A DNA stretch of 60,253 nucleotides, counting the filler. It is 4 parts of 4 records of this genome, joined end to end, with 100 filler letters (N's around TTAATTAATTAA, not from the genome) between each part and the next. Parts side by side here need not be neighbours in the genome. Positions count along the whole stretch, not along the records: positions 1 to 21,165 come from SRR20825006_2506; 3 more parts are not named here. The stretch is one strand, 5' to 3'. Positions 1 through 10,868 of this stretch are shown here, piece after piece. The notes under the pieces are model-generated. The model saw only the letters and a program-made list of their open reading frames with translations. It was not told where the DNA came from and ran no database searches. How positions within the stretch are numbered: position 1 is the stretch's first letter; every line of letters begins with the position of its first letter. The translations under genes were made by a program, and so were the position numbers.

Positions 1-110
1 GGGAATAAAACCCTCAATGAGGGATTTAAGAGACACAAATTCAATTGATTCAATGCAGAGTTCCTTCGATAAACTCAAGATAAGCTGTAAGGAATTAAAC
101 CTTCTTAAGA
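1..110. repeat. Degenerate intergenic repeat (copy related to 17398-17510)
   Basis: TTCAATGCAGAG..CTTCGATAAACTCA..GGAATTAAAC aligns by eye with TTCAACGCAGAG..CTTTGATATACTCA..GAAATTAGATC in the 17.4 kb copy. Both regions also contain ATGAGGGATTT. Confidence 0.55.
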
Positions 111-176
111 TAGTAAAGGCTTGATAATTGATTATATAAAAGTAGTTTGTTTAAAAGAATGTATACTGAAGCAAAA

Positions 177-3100
177 TTACTCCTCTTTATCTGCTTCTAC
201 TTCTATTTGCGTAGGAAGAACCCCAAAATAATTTTTAAAGCATTTGGTAAAATAAGAAGATGTAGAGAACCCAACCGTGTAAGAAACTTCACTTATATTG
301 GTATTACCTGCTTGTATGAGAACCTTAGCTTTATGAAGCCTGATATTTCTTATGAACTCGTTTGCTGTTTGATCTGTAAGAGCTTTTATTTTACGATATA
401 CCTGACTTCTACTTAAATTAAGATGAGAAGCAAGCGATTCCACACTTATTTCTGAATCTCCAATATGTTGATTTATATAGTTTAATGCTTTCTGAATAAA
501 CTCTTTATCCAAAGAAGTAGTATTTGCATTGGCTGGTAAATCGCTAATAGCACTAAAATATTTATTAAAAATAAGTTGCCTACTGGTAATAAGTTGAGAC
601 AAACGAAGTTTTAATAATCTCATATCAAATGGCTTTACCATATATGCATCTGCACCAATTTCTATTCCCTCTATCCTATCGTCAATTTTTGCCTTTGCAG
701 TAAGCATTAATAATGGAATATGACTGGTTCTGATGTCTGTTTTTATACATCTACACAATTCAAATCCATTCATCTCAGGCATAATTACATCAGTAATAAT
801 TACATCTGGCAATGTTTCTATAGCTAAATCGTATCCTTCTTTTCCGTGGTTAGCTGTAAGTACCCTATAATGGTTTTTTAATTCACTTTTAAGGTAATTC
901 CTCAATTCTATATTATCCTCTACAATCAATACCGAATATGGATGAAGAGCTTCTTTAGGTTGATCTCCTTCTATTTTTTCTATAGGAATATTAGCTTGTA
1001 AATATTTCTTGTTAGATTTATTTTGTTCATACACATCAGAATAAATCTCATCATCTTTTAAGTGTTCTTTCCCCTTTGGTAGTATAATTCTAAAGGTAGT
1101 TCCATCTTCTACCTCACTTGCTACTTCAATTTTACCCTTATGTAATTCCACAAAACTTTGAACAACTTCTAAGCCTATTCCTGTACCTCCATAATATGTT
1201 TTATTCAAACTATCTACTTGATAAAAACGTTCAAACATCTTGCTTATCTCCTCTTTAGGAATTCCTATTCCTGTATCAGAAATTACCAACTCTACTGCCT
1301 TTGCTTGATAATGCTCATTCACCAAAGGAAAGGTAACCAGATCGTCTTTAGTATACAATGCTACACTAATAGTACCTCCTTCTGGTGTTGCTTTAAAAGC
1401 ATTTGAAATAATATTAAAAATAACTTTTTCAAGCATATCAATATCTGCCCAAACCATTACTTCTTCCTCATCGGTACTAACATCTAAGTCGATATATTTT
1501 ACATGAGCCTCTTCCTTAAAATAGCTCAAAACATCATGAGTTAAATCAACCAAATTAAATTCTTTGGCTTTTAGGCTAATTTTATTAAGCTCCAGCTTTC
1601 TAAAGTCTAATAACTCATTTACCAATCTGTGCAGTCTTGCTGTATTTTTTTGAATAATTCGATGTTTACTTTTAATTCCCTCTGGAAGAAACAGCTTTTC
1701 ATTACTCATAATATCATGAAGCGGATTCATTATTAAGGTTAGTGGAGTTCTAAATTCATGAGAAATATTTGTAAAAAACTGAAATTTTTTCTCATTTAAA
1801 TTTTGCTCTTGTATACGTTTTTCTTCCTCGTACTTAGCCAATTGCTTGGTACGAATTCTACTTTGGGTTACTTTATTTAAAAGATACAATCCAATAAAAA
1901 ATATAGTTAAGTACCCTATTAAAGCCCAAGATGTTTTCCACCATGGCGGCAGAATGGTTATTTTTAATTCTAAAGGCTTTGCATTCCATACCCCATCGTT
2001 ATTAGACGATTTTAGTTTAAATATATAATTACCAGGGTCTAGGTTGGTGTAAGTGGCACTTTTAACACCTCCTACATAATTCCATGTGTTTTCATAACCA
2101 GCCAAGTAATAAGCATATTCATTTTTTTCTGGTCTTGTATAATTTATTCCTGAATACTCAATTGTAAAAACAGATTGTTTACTGTTTAATGAAATACTAT
2201 CGGTCTCTGTTATAATTTTATTTAACGGTGAGTTCTCTTGAGTTGGAAGTACTTTTTTATTAAAAATCTTCAATTCCGATAAGTATAAAAAGTTTTCACT
2301 CTTATTAATATCTATAGTATTTGGTTTAAAATAATCTACCCCATCATAGCCTCCAAAATAGATTTCTCCATTTGCATTTTTATAACTGGAATTCATATTA
2401 AAATCATTAGAAAGCAAACCATCATTAACAGTAAAATTTGTAAATTCATTGAATTCAGTATTTATTTTTACTATTCCAGAGTTCCCAGAAACCCATATAT
2501 TCTGACTGTTACATTCAATAATCCCACAAACATTTTCTAATATTAGTCCGTTTAACTTATTGTACCAAATAAAAGAGTTACTTGCTATATTATACTTACA
2601 TAAACCAGCTCCTTTTGTTCCAATCCATATATTTTTATCGCTACTTTCATATAAAGAAAGAATATGATTTGCTGTAGTTACATTATGGTATTTCTCCTCC
2701 ATTTTTTCTTTCATGGAATTTATAGAGAACGCCCCATTGCTTTTTTGTACTATTTTAAATAATCCATTTGTAGTACCAAGCCAAATATTATCTTTATAGT
2801 CTACAAGGACTTTCCAAGAATCACTATTAGAAATTCCATTCTCCTGAAACTCTGGCGTATTATAATGAGTAAACTTAGCTGTTGTAGGATTGTAAGAGTG
2901 TAATCCGCTATGGTAAGTAGAGATCCATATGGTTCCTTTGGAGTCTTCATCAAAACTAACCACCACATCAGATTGTAAATCTCCATTTGTAGTCTCTTTT
3001 GTTTTATTAACAAAATGTTTAGTTCCATTCTTTAAAAAGAAAATACCTTGATCCCAGCTTCCAGCCCAAATGTTCTCTTTACTATCTATAAAAATAGCTT

Positions 3101-4346
3101 GAATATAGTCGCTTGTTAATCCTGAATACTTGCTTTTTATAGAGGTGTTTATATGTGTGTATTGATTACTCTTTTTATCAATCACATCAATTCCTCCACC
3201 ATCCATTCCTACCCATATCTTACCAGATTTATCCTCAACAATAGAGGTTACAGAGCTAGCTTGAAGAGAATTAGGATTGTTATATAAGCTTTCTAATCCT
3301 TTAAATTTATCATATAGAGGATCATATACCGCTACTCCTTTATTATAATAGCCCAGCCATATTTTATTATCTTTATCTTGATACAAAGACCATATTGAGC
3401 TCGACAATAAACTCTTTTCGTCCTTATTACTTGCTTTATGATGATTTAAAATTTTTCCTTGCTGATTGATATGGTACAACCCATCGTTTTCAGTTCCAAA
3501 CAACAAAGTTTCATCTTTTAAAGATGTTATCGAAAAAAATGGATTCTCAGAAACTGAAAAGTGCTCTATCTCTCTATATGTATCATTATCCTTATAATTT
3601 GCCTTGTAAATTCCTTTTGAGGTAGCACCAGCCCAAATATTATTATTCTCATCAATTATTAAAGATTTTATATGATCTTTCACATATAATTCTTTTGAAA
3701 ACAACGTAGGCTTCAATATATTTTTGTTCGAATCGTATTCTTGTATTCCTAAATTAGTTCCAGTGTAGATTTTACCATCGTTATCTATAGCAATTGCTTC
3801 TATGGTTATTGGAACATCTATATTTAATTTGCTGCTTTGAATTTTATCTACCTGAAGAATTTCATCTCCAGTAATTTTAAATAATCCCGCCCCAAAAGTT
3901 CCTACAAAAATATTTCCTTGTTTATCTTCTATTATATTTCTTACAGATATACTCTTATTGTAGGTAGCTTCAAACTTAGAGTTTGGAATTCTTAAAAATT
4001 GATCATTATTTTGATTATATAGATTAAGACCTTCTTCTGTTCCTACCCAAAACCTATGTTTACTATCTAAAAATGTGCAATAAACTACACTACTGCTAAG
4101 AGATGTAGAATCGTTTAAAATATATCTGTAGGAATTGTAATCTATTCCATCATACCTGTAGAGACCAGCCCCGTTGGTAGCAATCCACATAAACCCATCG
4201 TCGTCTTGATTGATATGATAAATTCCTACTTTGGGAATATCCTCCATCATACTCACAAAATTGAACTTCTTATTTGCTTCTTGAGCAAACAAAAAGACAT
4301 TCAACAAGAATCCAATACAGGAAAGAAAATAGTCTTTTCTAGACAT
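177..4346 (-). CDS. Hybrid two-component system sensor kinase/response regulator (beta-propeller sensor, Y_Y_Y, TM, HisKA, HATPase, REC, AraC HTH)
   Basis: Repeated 'xDxxGxIWxGT' propeller blades, YTNLDPGNY, H-box ISHEFRTPLTL, GTGIGL, receiver DVIMPEMNG, and C-terminal AraC motif VGFSTSSYFTKCFK. Typical Bacteroidota HTCS. Confidence 0.95.
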   Translation of the reverse strand: MSRKDYFLSCIGFLLNVFLFAQEANKKFNFVSMMEDIPKVGIYHINQDDDGFMWIATNGAGLYRYDGIDYNSYRYILNDSTSLSSSVVYCTFLDSKHRFWVGTEEGLNLYNQNNDQFLRIPNSKFEATYNKSISVRNIIEDKQGNIFVGTFGAGLFKITGDEILQVDKIQSSKLNIDVPITIEAIAIDNDGKIYTGTNLGIQEYDSNKNILKPTLFSKELYVKDHIKSLIIDENNNIWAGATSKGIYKANYKDNDTYREIEHFSVSENPFFSITSLKDETLLFGTENDGLYHINQQGKILNHHKASNKDEKSLLSSSIWSLYQDKDNKIWLGYYNKGVAVYDPLYDKFKGLESLYNNPNSLQASSVTSIVEDKSGKIWVGMDGGGIDVIDKKSNQYTHINTSIKSKYSGLTSDYIQAIFIDSKENIWAGSWDQGIFFLKNGTKHFVNKTKETTNGDLQSDVVVSFDEDSKGTIWISTYHSGLHSYNPTTAKFTHYNTPEFQENGISNSDSWKVLVDYKDNIWLGTTNGLFKIVQKSNGAFSINSMKEKMEEKYHNVTTANHILSLYESSDKNIWIGTKGAGLCKYNIASNSFIWYNKLNGLILENVCGIIECNSQNIWVSGNSGIVKINTEFNEFTNFTVNDGLLSNDFNMNSSYKNANGEIYFGGYDGVDYFKPNTIDINKSENFLYLSELKIFNKKVLPTQENSPLNKIITETDSISLNSKQSVFTIEYSGINYTRPEKNEYAYYLAGYENTWNYVGGVKSATYTNLDPGNYIFKLKSSNNDGVWNAKPLELKITILPPWWKTSWALIGYLTIFFIGLYLLNKVTQSRIRTKQLAKYEEEKRIQEQNLNEKKFQFFTNISHEFRTPLTLIMNPLHDIMSNEKLFLPEGIKSKHRIIQKNTARLHRLVNELLDFRKLELNKISLKAKEFNLVDLTHDVLSYFKEEAHVKYIDLDVSTDEEEVMVWADIDMLEKVIFNIISNAFKATPEGGTISVALYTKDDLVTFPLVNEHYQAKAVELVISDTGIGIPKEEISKMFERFYQVDSLNKTYYGGTGIGLEVVQSFVELHKGKIEVASEVEDGTTFRIILPKGKEHLKDDEIYSDVYEQNKSNKKYLQANIPIEKIEGDQPKEALHPYSVLIVEDNIELRNYLKSELKNHYRVLTANHGKEGYDLAIETLPDVIITDVIMPEMNGFELCRCIKTDIRTSHIPLLMLTAKAKIDDRIEGIEIGADAYMVKPFDMRLLKLRLSQLITSRQLIFNKYFSAISDLPANANTTSLDKEFIQKALNYINQHIGDSEISVESLASHLNLSRSQVYRKIKALTDQTANEFIRNIRLHKAKVLIQAGNTNISEVSYTVGFSTSSYFTKCFKNYFGVLPTQIEVEADKEE

Positions 4347-4525
4347 TTTAGGTTTTTATTAATAGGTACATAGGTTAATACCAAAAATAACATAAAATAT
4401 TAAATATTAAATTTTTATACCTATATTTTAAAATAAAACCTTTTTAATGCGATATAAAATATCATAAAATAATTTTTTAACTTAATTTAATAAATAATAT
4501 TTGGAGTATAAATCTCCTTATTTCA

Positions 4526-4556
4526 TAAAAAAACCTTGAGAAAAATCTCAAGGTTT
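4526..4556 (-). terminator. Rho-independent terminator
   Basis: Hairpin AAACCTTGAG-aaaaat-CTCAAGGTTT preceded by an A-run (U-tract on the minus strand). Confidence 0.65.
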
Positions 4557-4740
4557 ATACGTATCTAATCAACACCATCGGTGCACCCCACGAAGCATTT
4601 AAACAAAAATATTTAATTCATTTCGAGGTTTTCAAAATAAACCCCTTGCTATTAATAAGAATGAACAAAAAGAGGACTTCAGTAATATCTCTCCTTTAAA
4701 CTGCTTATTTTATGACAGTTAGATTAGTCTTTGCACTTTA

Positions 4741-4775
4741 TTCTATGTTCTATGTTCTTTGTCTTTTGTCTCTGT
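4741..4775. repeat. Short heptameric tandem repeat (TTCTATG-like)
   Basis: ttctatg ttctatg ttctttg tcttttg tctctgt. Confidence 0.55.
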
Positions 4776-4849
4776 TCTTTTTCTTATAGCAAAGCGATCT
4801 TATATTTTACTCGCACATTAATGATAAAATATTTATAAAACTCTTACAA

Positions 4850-5995
4850 CTACTTAAATAAAATACATACAGGTGTTGCTGCCTTTATCTCATCTACATA
4901 TGTTAATAGTCCGTTATTGATATCTCTTTTAAATGAAATTATATTGTTTGTATATTGATTTGCTACTAAAAGAAATTTTTCGTCTGGCGATAATGAAAAA
5001 TTACGCGGCCCTTCTCCTCTAACAGATTCATGACCTATAACTTCTAAATTACCATCATCCTTAACTTTAAATATTACAATTGAATTATGTCCACGATTGG
5101 ATGCATACAAAAACTTCCCATCGGAAGAGATATGAATATCTGCTCCTGTATTTTCTTCTTTAAAATCTTCTGGTAGTGTTGAAATAGTACTTTCCACTTT
5201 AAACTCTCCAGCCTCATTTATTGCCAAAACTGTAATCGTATTATTTAATTCTCCGAAAACATATGCCCACTTTCCACTCGGATGAAAAGCCATATGACGA
5301 GGCCCTGCACCTTTTGCTATTGCTAATTTCTCATTAGACTTAGGTTCTATTTTATTGGTTTCGGAATTAAGTTTAGAAAACCATAATTCGTTTGTCCCTA
5401 AATCTACTTCTATTACATCATTTTGGGTAGGTTGTAACCATACAGAGTGCGCATGCGGACCGTCTTGTCTTTTATTAGCTCCTTTCCCTTTATGTTGATG
5501 TACATCTAATAATTCTGTAAGACTCCCATCTTCTTTTAGTTTAAGTAAGCCAACACTTCCACTAGAATAGTTTGCTGCCAATACAAATCCTTCATCATTA
5601 CTTACTACAAAACATGGATGCATTCCTCCAGAAGATTGTTTATTTATAAACTCTAATGTATCTTTTAATATTTTAAATGAAGAAACTTTCCCTTCTGTTA
5701 GTTCATTGGCTGCTATTAGATATTTTTTATCTGCAGAAAAATTTAAATAAGAAGGATTTTCTGTCTTAGCAACAAGCTTCTCCTTAGATAATTTCCCATC
5801 TTCTGCTAAAGAATATTCATAAATCCCTTCACTCTCGCCATTGGTATAAGTTCCTACGTAAAATGGGGAATTTTGCTCCTTTTTTTCTTCAATTTTACTA
5901 TGAGAATCTGCCGCTGTCATATTTTCTTTTTTCTCTACTTTGTCCTTACAGCTTGCTAATAAAACTATTACCAATGCTATTTTTAGTAATTTCAT
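4850..5995 (-). CDS. pgl: 6-phosphogluconolactonase / lactonase family lipoprotein
   Basis: Lipobox LASC; motifs FYVGTYT, ANYSSGSV, RQDGPHAH, GAGPRH, YASNRGHNS and PRNF of the cycloisomerase-2/Pgl family. Confidence 0.85.
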   Translation of the reverse strand: MKLLKIALVIVLLASCKDKVEKKENMTAADSHSKIEEKKEQNSPFYVGTYTNGESEGIYEYSLAEDGKLSKEKLVAKTENPSYLNFSADKKYLIAANELTEGKVSSFKILKDTLEFINKQSSGGMHPCFVVSNDEGFVLAANYSSGSVGLLKLKEDGSLTELLDVHQHKGKGANKRQDGPHAHSVWLQPTQNDVIEVDLGTNELWFSKLNSETNKIEPKSNEKLAIAKGAGPRHMAFHPSGKWAYVFGELNNTITVLAINEAGEFKVESTISTLPEDFKEENTGADIHISSDGKFLYASNRGHNSIVIFKVKDDGNLEVIGHESVRGEGPRNFSLSPDEKFLLVANQYTNNIISFKRDINNGLLTYVDEIKAATPVCILFK

Positions 5996-6104
5996 TTCCG
6001 CTAAATAATTAAAATGTTTATAAAAAGGAAAGATACAATTTATTAGTATTTAATTACAAAAAGTCAAGATGAGTTCATAAAATAGATTTCCATCTAAAAG
6101 AAGA

Positions 6105-7274
6105 TTATTTAGAATTTCTAACTTCGTTTTCTTTATCGTTTTTATTTTTTTGAAAAATTCTTCCCGTAAAATATCCTAGTAAAAATGGTAAGAAAAGTAT
6201 TATTGCAAAAAATAAAACTACATAAAACAGAACACTGCTTATAATATCTTTTACATGTGTCATGGTATTGTTTATTGCCTCTTCGGCTAAAATATTTACC
6301 TCTTTAGAAAGTGCTTTCCGCTCTCTCAACACCATACTATCTAATGCAATCCGTTCTCTTTCAATAATTGTATCTATAGACGCTCTTTCTTCAGAGAAAA
6401 AGACTTTTGAACTTTCTATGTCGTTATGTAATCCTAAAAATAAAATTTGCATATCCCTCCGGAAGTCTTTTATAGATTCATCAAGCATTTCTGGAGTAGT
6501 TTCCGCAGTGGTAACTAACCTATTCAAACTATTATCCATACTATTAAATGCTTTTTGAAGACTAGCCGAGTCTATTCCTTGTTCCCGAAGCATCAATTCT
6601 GTATTCCATTGTAATTGCTTTCCAGTACTTTCTGAAGTATAAACCAGTCTGTTTGAAAAATTTGTCATTACTTCAGAGAGCGTTCCAACGGTTTTTAAAG
6701 CCGTACTATCTGGAGTTTTATTAGCCTCTAAATATGCATCGCGAATGGATTTATGACGAAAGTTTAGTCCGTAAATAGGATTTTTTTGAACGTAGTTTTC
6801 TACTAACTCATCTAATTTCTTGTAATTCTTTTCGCTTAACAAACTCCGGGCATTTTTCTCTATAGCATTTGAATTTGTATGAGCTATGTTAGCAACATAA
6901 GGCTGCCACTTTCCAAATAAAGGCCTTGCTTTATCTGAAACTAAGAAGTTTTCCATAGCTAAAGAAAGAGCCCAAGCATCTACTAATGCCAATTGCGGCA
7001 TTGTTTGAAACCCCACTTCCCTATAAGAAGTTAATGTTTTTAATTTCCATCGATAAGCATTTTTCTGAATTTCAAAATCGGCTTCTTCATAGATAATACT
7101 ATCGGCTGCCCATTCTACCCTTTCAGAAGCATCTGCTATAAAACTCTGTGTTAGCAATCTAGAGTTTAACTGACTCGTAGTTAATGGTTCCTGAGCGCTT
7201 TCTATTTTTAAAAGTGAACAAGATTGTAGTACAAATAAAATAAGAATAGCAGAAATATAAGTTCTAAATCTCAT
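6105..7274 (-). CDS. Hypothetical lipoprotein with coiled-coil region and C-terminal transmembrane helix
   Basis: Lipobox LQSC, helical charged central part, hydrophobic stretch VLFYVVLFFAIILFLPFLLGYF followed by a basic tail. Confidence 0.75.
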   Translation of the reverse strand: MRFRTYISAILILFVLQSCSLLKIESAQEPLTTSQLNSRLLTQSFIADASERVEWAADSIIYEEADFEIQKNAYRWKLKTLTSYREVGFQTMPQLALVDAWALSLAMENFLVSDKARPLFGKWQPYVANIAHTNSNAIEKNARSLLSEKNYKKLDELVENYVQKNPIYGLNFRHKSIRDAYLEANKTPDSTALKTVGTLSEVMTNFSNRLVYTSESTGKQLQWNTELMLREQGIDSASLQKAFNSMDNSLNRLVTTAETTPEMLDESIKDFRRDMQILFLGLHNDIESSKVFFSEERASIDTIIERERIALDSMVLRERKALSKEVNILAEEAINNTMTHVKDIISSVLFYVVLFFAIILFLPFLLGYFTGRIFQKNKNDKENEVRNSK

Positions 7275-7415
7275 CTAAGCTTGGTTTATTTCAATAGGTA
7301 GATTCTTTTAAACTGTTTCCTAAAGATACTTATTTTAACTGAAATCAATCAAAACCTATAATAATAAACTCCACATAATACACCTTCATTAGAACAACAC
7401 TTTTCTACAAAGAAC

Positions 7416-7446
7416 AAAAAATCCTGTGAAGCTTTTCCACAGGATT
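7416..7446 (-). terminator. Rho-independent terminator of the OMP gene
   Basis: AATCCTGTG-aagcttttc-CACAGGATT with a preceding A-run. Confidence 0.7.
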
Positions 7447-7496
7447 GATTTTAGTATTTAAAAATTTATTTTCCTTTAATAGGAGTCATAGGCAGT

Positions 7497-8102
7497 TTAT
7501 TTACCCCATTTTCCTCCACCAAGATAGAAACCTAAAGATATTCCAAAGTAACTATTTTTAACTTCAAAACTATCTACTTCTATGCTTGATCCACCTTCAG
7601 ATAATGAGAAACCTTCTGATTTTGTTTTAGGTATTATATTATATTCTAATCCTAATCGGAATTTACCAACTTCAACACCACCTCGAATCATTCCTCCAAA
7701 TTTACCAGACACATCAAAAGAACCACTTCCATTATTATCGGTATCAAGCTCTAGACTGGCTAATCCATAATATCCCATACCTGCTCCAACAAAAGGAGCG
7801 AAAGTACTGCTCCCATTATTAAAATAATAATCATAAGTCCCTAAATAAGAGGACATTGTAGCTACTTTTGCTTGTTGATTATTCACCTCTCTAACTGTGG
7901 CGGCACCATCAATTCTCAAACCTACATTCATATTATCTGCAATATTGTATTTAGGTTCAATGTCGAATAAAATTCCTCCACCTCCAGATGCAGCTGCGTA
8001 TCCTAAGTCTAAGCCGACTCTAAATTTACCCTTTTCCTGCGCTTGAGAGCTATATACTCCAACAACAGTAATTAAAATCACTAATAATAGTTTTTGTTTC
8101 AT
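7497..8102 (-). CDS. Outer membrane beta-barrel protein (8-stranded, OmpA/OmpW-like)
   Basis: Signal peptide, alternating aromatic/Gly strands, PFVGAGMGY, terminal strand YFGISLGFYL. Confidence 0.8.
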   Translation of the reverse strand: MKQKLLLVILITVVGVYSSQAQEKGKFRVGLDLGYAAASGGGGILFDIEPKYNIADNMNVGLRIDGAATVREVNNQQAKVATMSSYLGTYDYYFNNGSSTFAPFVGAGMGYYGLASLELDTDNNGSGSFDVSGKFGGMIRGGVEVGKFRLGLEYNIIPKTKSEGFSLSEGGSSIEVDSFEVKNSYFGISLGFYLGGGKWGK

Positions 8103-8191
8103 AATGGTATAAGTTTATATTTTATACCACCAATATAACATATATTCTATAATTAGAAAATATTATTTGTGTTAAATATTATTTTCTATAT

Positions 8192-9757
8192 TTATTTAGC
8201 AATATTCACTGCTCTTGTTTCTCTAATAACAGTAATTTTAACCTGTCCTGGATAGGTCATATCTGTTTGTATTTTTTGAGAGATTTCAAAAGATAATTCA
8301 GAAGCCTTGTCATCACTTACTTTTTCACTTTCTACAATAACACGTAATTCTCTACCCGCCTGGATTGCATAGGCTTTTTTAACTCCAGTAAATCCAAAAG
8401 CTATTTCTTCAAGGTCTTTTAATCGTTGGATATAAGAATCCAAAACTTGACGCCTTGCTCCTGGTCTTGCTCCACTTATAGCATCACATACCTGAACAAT
8501 TGGTGCTAATAAAGACTTCATTTCTATTTCGTCGTGGTGAGCCCCAATAGCATTACATACATCTGGTTTCTCTCCATATTTCTCTGCCCATTCCATTCCT
8601 AAAATAGCATGTGGAGTTTCCATTTCTGTTTCTGGAACTTTTCCAATATCATGTAAAAGACCAGCTCTTTTAGCCATTTTTGCATTTACGCCTAACTCCG
8701 CAGCCATTACGCTACATAATTTAGCTACTTCTCTTGAGTGTTGTAATAAGTTCTGTCCATAAGAAGAACGATATTTCATTCTACCCACAGCTTTAATAAG
8801 TTCTGGATGTAAACCATGAATTCCAAGGTCAATTACGGTACGTTTCCCTACTTCTATAATTTCCTCTTCAATTTGCTTCTTGGTTTTCTTCACCACTTCT
8901 TCAATTCTTGCAGGGTGAATCCTACCATCGGTTACCAAACGGTGTAAAGATAATCTGGCAATTTCTCTTCTTACAGAATCAAAACAAGAAAGTATAATCG
9001 CTTCTGGTGTATCGTCTACAATAATTTCAACCCCAGTAGCAGATTCTAAAGCACGAATATTCCTACCCTCTCTACCGATAATTCTACCTTTAACATCATC
9101 CGATTCTAGATTAAAAACAGATACACAGTTATCTATAGCTTCCTCTGTACCAATTCTTTGAATGGTATTAACAATAACTTTCTTTGCTTCTTGTTGTGCT
9201 GTAAGTTTAGCTTCTTCTAATGTATTTTGAATGTAAGCCATAGCATCACTCTTAGCATCTGCTTTAAGCGATTCTACTATTTGAGAGCGTGCTTCGTCGG
9301 CAGAAAGCCCTGAGATAACCTCAAGTTGCTCTATCTGACTTTTGTGAAGCCTTTCTATTTCTGCTTGTTTTTTATCTAAAAAATCTAAACGAAAATCATA
9401 ATCCTTATTCTTTTCATCTATTTCAGCATTGAGCTTTTTATTCTTTGCTAATTCGTTAGAAACTTGAGACTCTTTATCTCTTGTTCTTTTTTCAGCTTCA
9501 GCAATTTTTTTATCTTTAGAAATAATTACTTTTTCATGCTCAGCTTTGAGCTCTAGAAACTTTTCTTTCGCTTGAAGTATCTTATCTTTTTTAATACTTT
9601 CTCCTTCTGTTTTAGCTTCTTTTAAAATCTTTTGAGCTTCTTTTTTAGCTCCTGAGATCATTTTAGTTGCATTTTTCTTTTCAAGCACCTTGGCTATCAC
9701 AAATCCAGCTGCAATCCCTATTATTCCTACAATTATTACTAGTGTAGTATTCTCCAT
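8192..9757 (-). CDS. rny: Ribonuclease Y
   Basis: N-terminal TM helix, coiled coil, KH domain ([13 protein letters not shown]), HD domain (LLHDIGK), C-terminal [12 protein letters not shown]. Confidence 0.97.
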   Translation of the reverse strand: MENTTLVIIVGIIGIAAGFVIAKVLEKKNATKMISGAKKEAQKILKEAKTEGESIKKDKILQAKEKFLELKAEHEKVIISKDKKIAEAEKRTRDKESQVSNELAKNKKLNAEIDEKNKDYDFRLDFLDKKQAEIERLHKSQIEQLEVISGLSADEARSQIVESLKADAKSDAMAYIQNTLEEAKLTAQQEAKKVIVNTIQRIGTEEAIDNCVSVFNLESDDVKGRIIGREGRNIRALESATGVEIIVDDTPEAIILSCFDSVRREIARLSLHRLVTDGRIHPARIEEVVKKTKKQIEEEIIEVGKRTVIDLGIHGLHPELIKAVGRMKYRSSYGQNLLQHSREVAKLCSVMAAELGVNAKMAKRAGLLHDIGKVPETEMETPHAILGMEWAEKYGEKPDVCNAIGAHHDEIEMKSLLAPIVQVCDAISGARPGARRQVLDSYIQRLKDLEEIAFGFTGVKKAYAIQAGRELRVIVESEKVSDDKASELSFEISQKIQTDMTYPGQVKITVIRETRAVNIAK

Positions 9758-9771
9758 CTTTACATATATTT

Positions 9772-9967
9772 AAAAAAAAAGCCTACATTGGTAATTGAAG
9801 TTTTGTACAAACTCCTCTAAACAGGTTTAAGGCTACCAAACTGATCAAGGATCCGCAGTCCTATATCTGAAATTAATCAGAGGAGCGGCTTGCTTTTACA
9901 ACTTGAACTCACCTTTTTTAATATATACTTGTTGAGTTTGTCAAAAAAATGCAACCAATGTAGGCAG
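9772..9967 (-). ncRNA. ssrS: 6S RNA (Bacteroidota/6S-Flavo type)
   Basis: About 190-nt ORF-free region between zapA and rny. Terminal 12-bp perfect complement GCCTACATTGGT (9781-9792) / ACCAATGTAGGC (9954-9965), an inner ACAAACTC/GAGTTTGT pair and a U-tract. Position downstream of zapA is typical for 6S RNA. Confidence 0.85.
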
Positions 9968-10000
9968 TAACATTATACTATTTAAAAGAACATCTTATCA

Positions 10001-10291
10001 TCAGCCCAAATGCTTTGATAGCATAGCGTCTAAGTTTTTTAAACGCAATTCCATCTCTTCACTTGTTTTGTTTGTATCAATACCTTCTTGTTCTACTTTA
10101 GAAGCAAATTGTAAGGCACACATTGCCAAAACATCTTGCTTGTCTCTAACAGCATAGTTTTGTTCGAATTGCTTAATCAATGTATCAATAGTCTTTGCAG
10201 CCTTGCGTAATCCTTCCTCCTGTGATGGTGCCACCGTTAACGGGTACACCCTATCTGCTATCGATATTTTGATTTTAAGCTTCTCTCCCAT
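10001..10291 (-). CDS. zapA: Cell division protein ZapA
   Basis: KIKISIADRVYPL...EEGLRKAAK...DKQDVLAMCALQ; conserved position upstream of rny. Confidence 0.92.
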   Translation of the reverse strand: MGEKLKIKISIADRVYPLTVAPSQEEGLRKAAKTIDTLIKQFEQNYAVRDKQDVLAMCALQFASKVEQEGIDTNKTSEEMELRLKNLDAMLSKHLG

Positions 10292-10306
10292 TGTAATTAG
10301 AACGTT

Positions 10307-10597
10307 TTATTCGGATAATTGAGCAATGCATTGATCTATTTCCCGAATTAAAGTATTTATTTTAAGCTTAGCTTCTGTTTTATTTTCATTACTGCCAAGC
10401 ATTGAATTTGCCATTTTGAGTGATTCATATTTCTCTTCCCATTTAATAACAGAAAGCGCTAAATCCTTATTCTCATTTTTCGAATTAGCCAATTCTTCTT
10501 GTAATTTTAGATTGATATTACGTTCTTGCTCTAATTTCTTGAGCAATTTCCCAATCTTATTCTCCAGAGAATCAACAATTTCTATAATCTCACTCAT
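10307..10597 (-). CDS. Coiled-coil protein upstream of zapA (ZapB-like); start probably ATG 10597
   Basis: All-heptad sequence ending KINTLIREIDQCIAQL; TAACTTTG promoter element at 10625-10632. Confidence 0.75.
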   Translation of the reverse strand: MSEIIEIVDSLENKIGKLLKKLEQERNINLKLQEELANSKNENKDLALSVIKWEEKYESLKMANSMLGSNENKTEAKLKINTLIREIDQCIAQLSE

Positions 10598-10624
10598 ACA
10601 TGCAATATTCAACACATATCTTTA

Positions 10625-10632
10625 CAAAGTTA
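10625..10632 (-). promoter_or_regulatory. Bacteroidota -7 promoter element (TAACTTTG)
   Basis: Matches TAnnTTTG upstream of the zapB-like/zapA operon. Confidence 0.55.
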
Positions 10633-10868
10633 ACATACCTTTACGTACTTCACAACAGTTTGTAAAAATTTCTTTTTTATTCTATTTTGAAGGATAAACC
10701 TTATATTTTATATCAATCTATAAAGTGTAATTCTTCAGGGTTCAAATATCGTTGGTTTTTTTTGATTAATTTATTATATCATACTAATATAATTAAAATT
10801 GCGTTTTTACCGTAGTTTTTTCATGTTTAATTAACATTTGACTATTTTTACGGCATAACTATTTTTTC

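Noticed and set aside
177-5995. HTCS without a visible susC/susD pair
   Set aside because: The gene sits at the window edge and the regulated locus may lie just outside, so it cannot be called an orphan.
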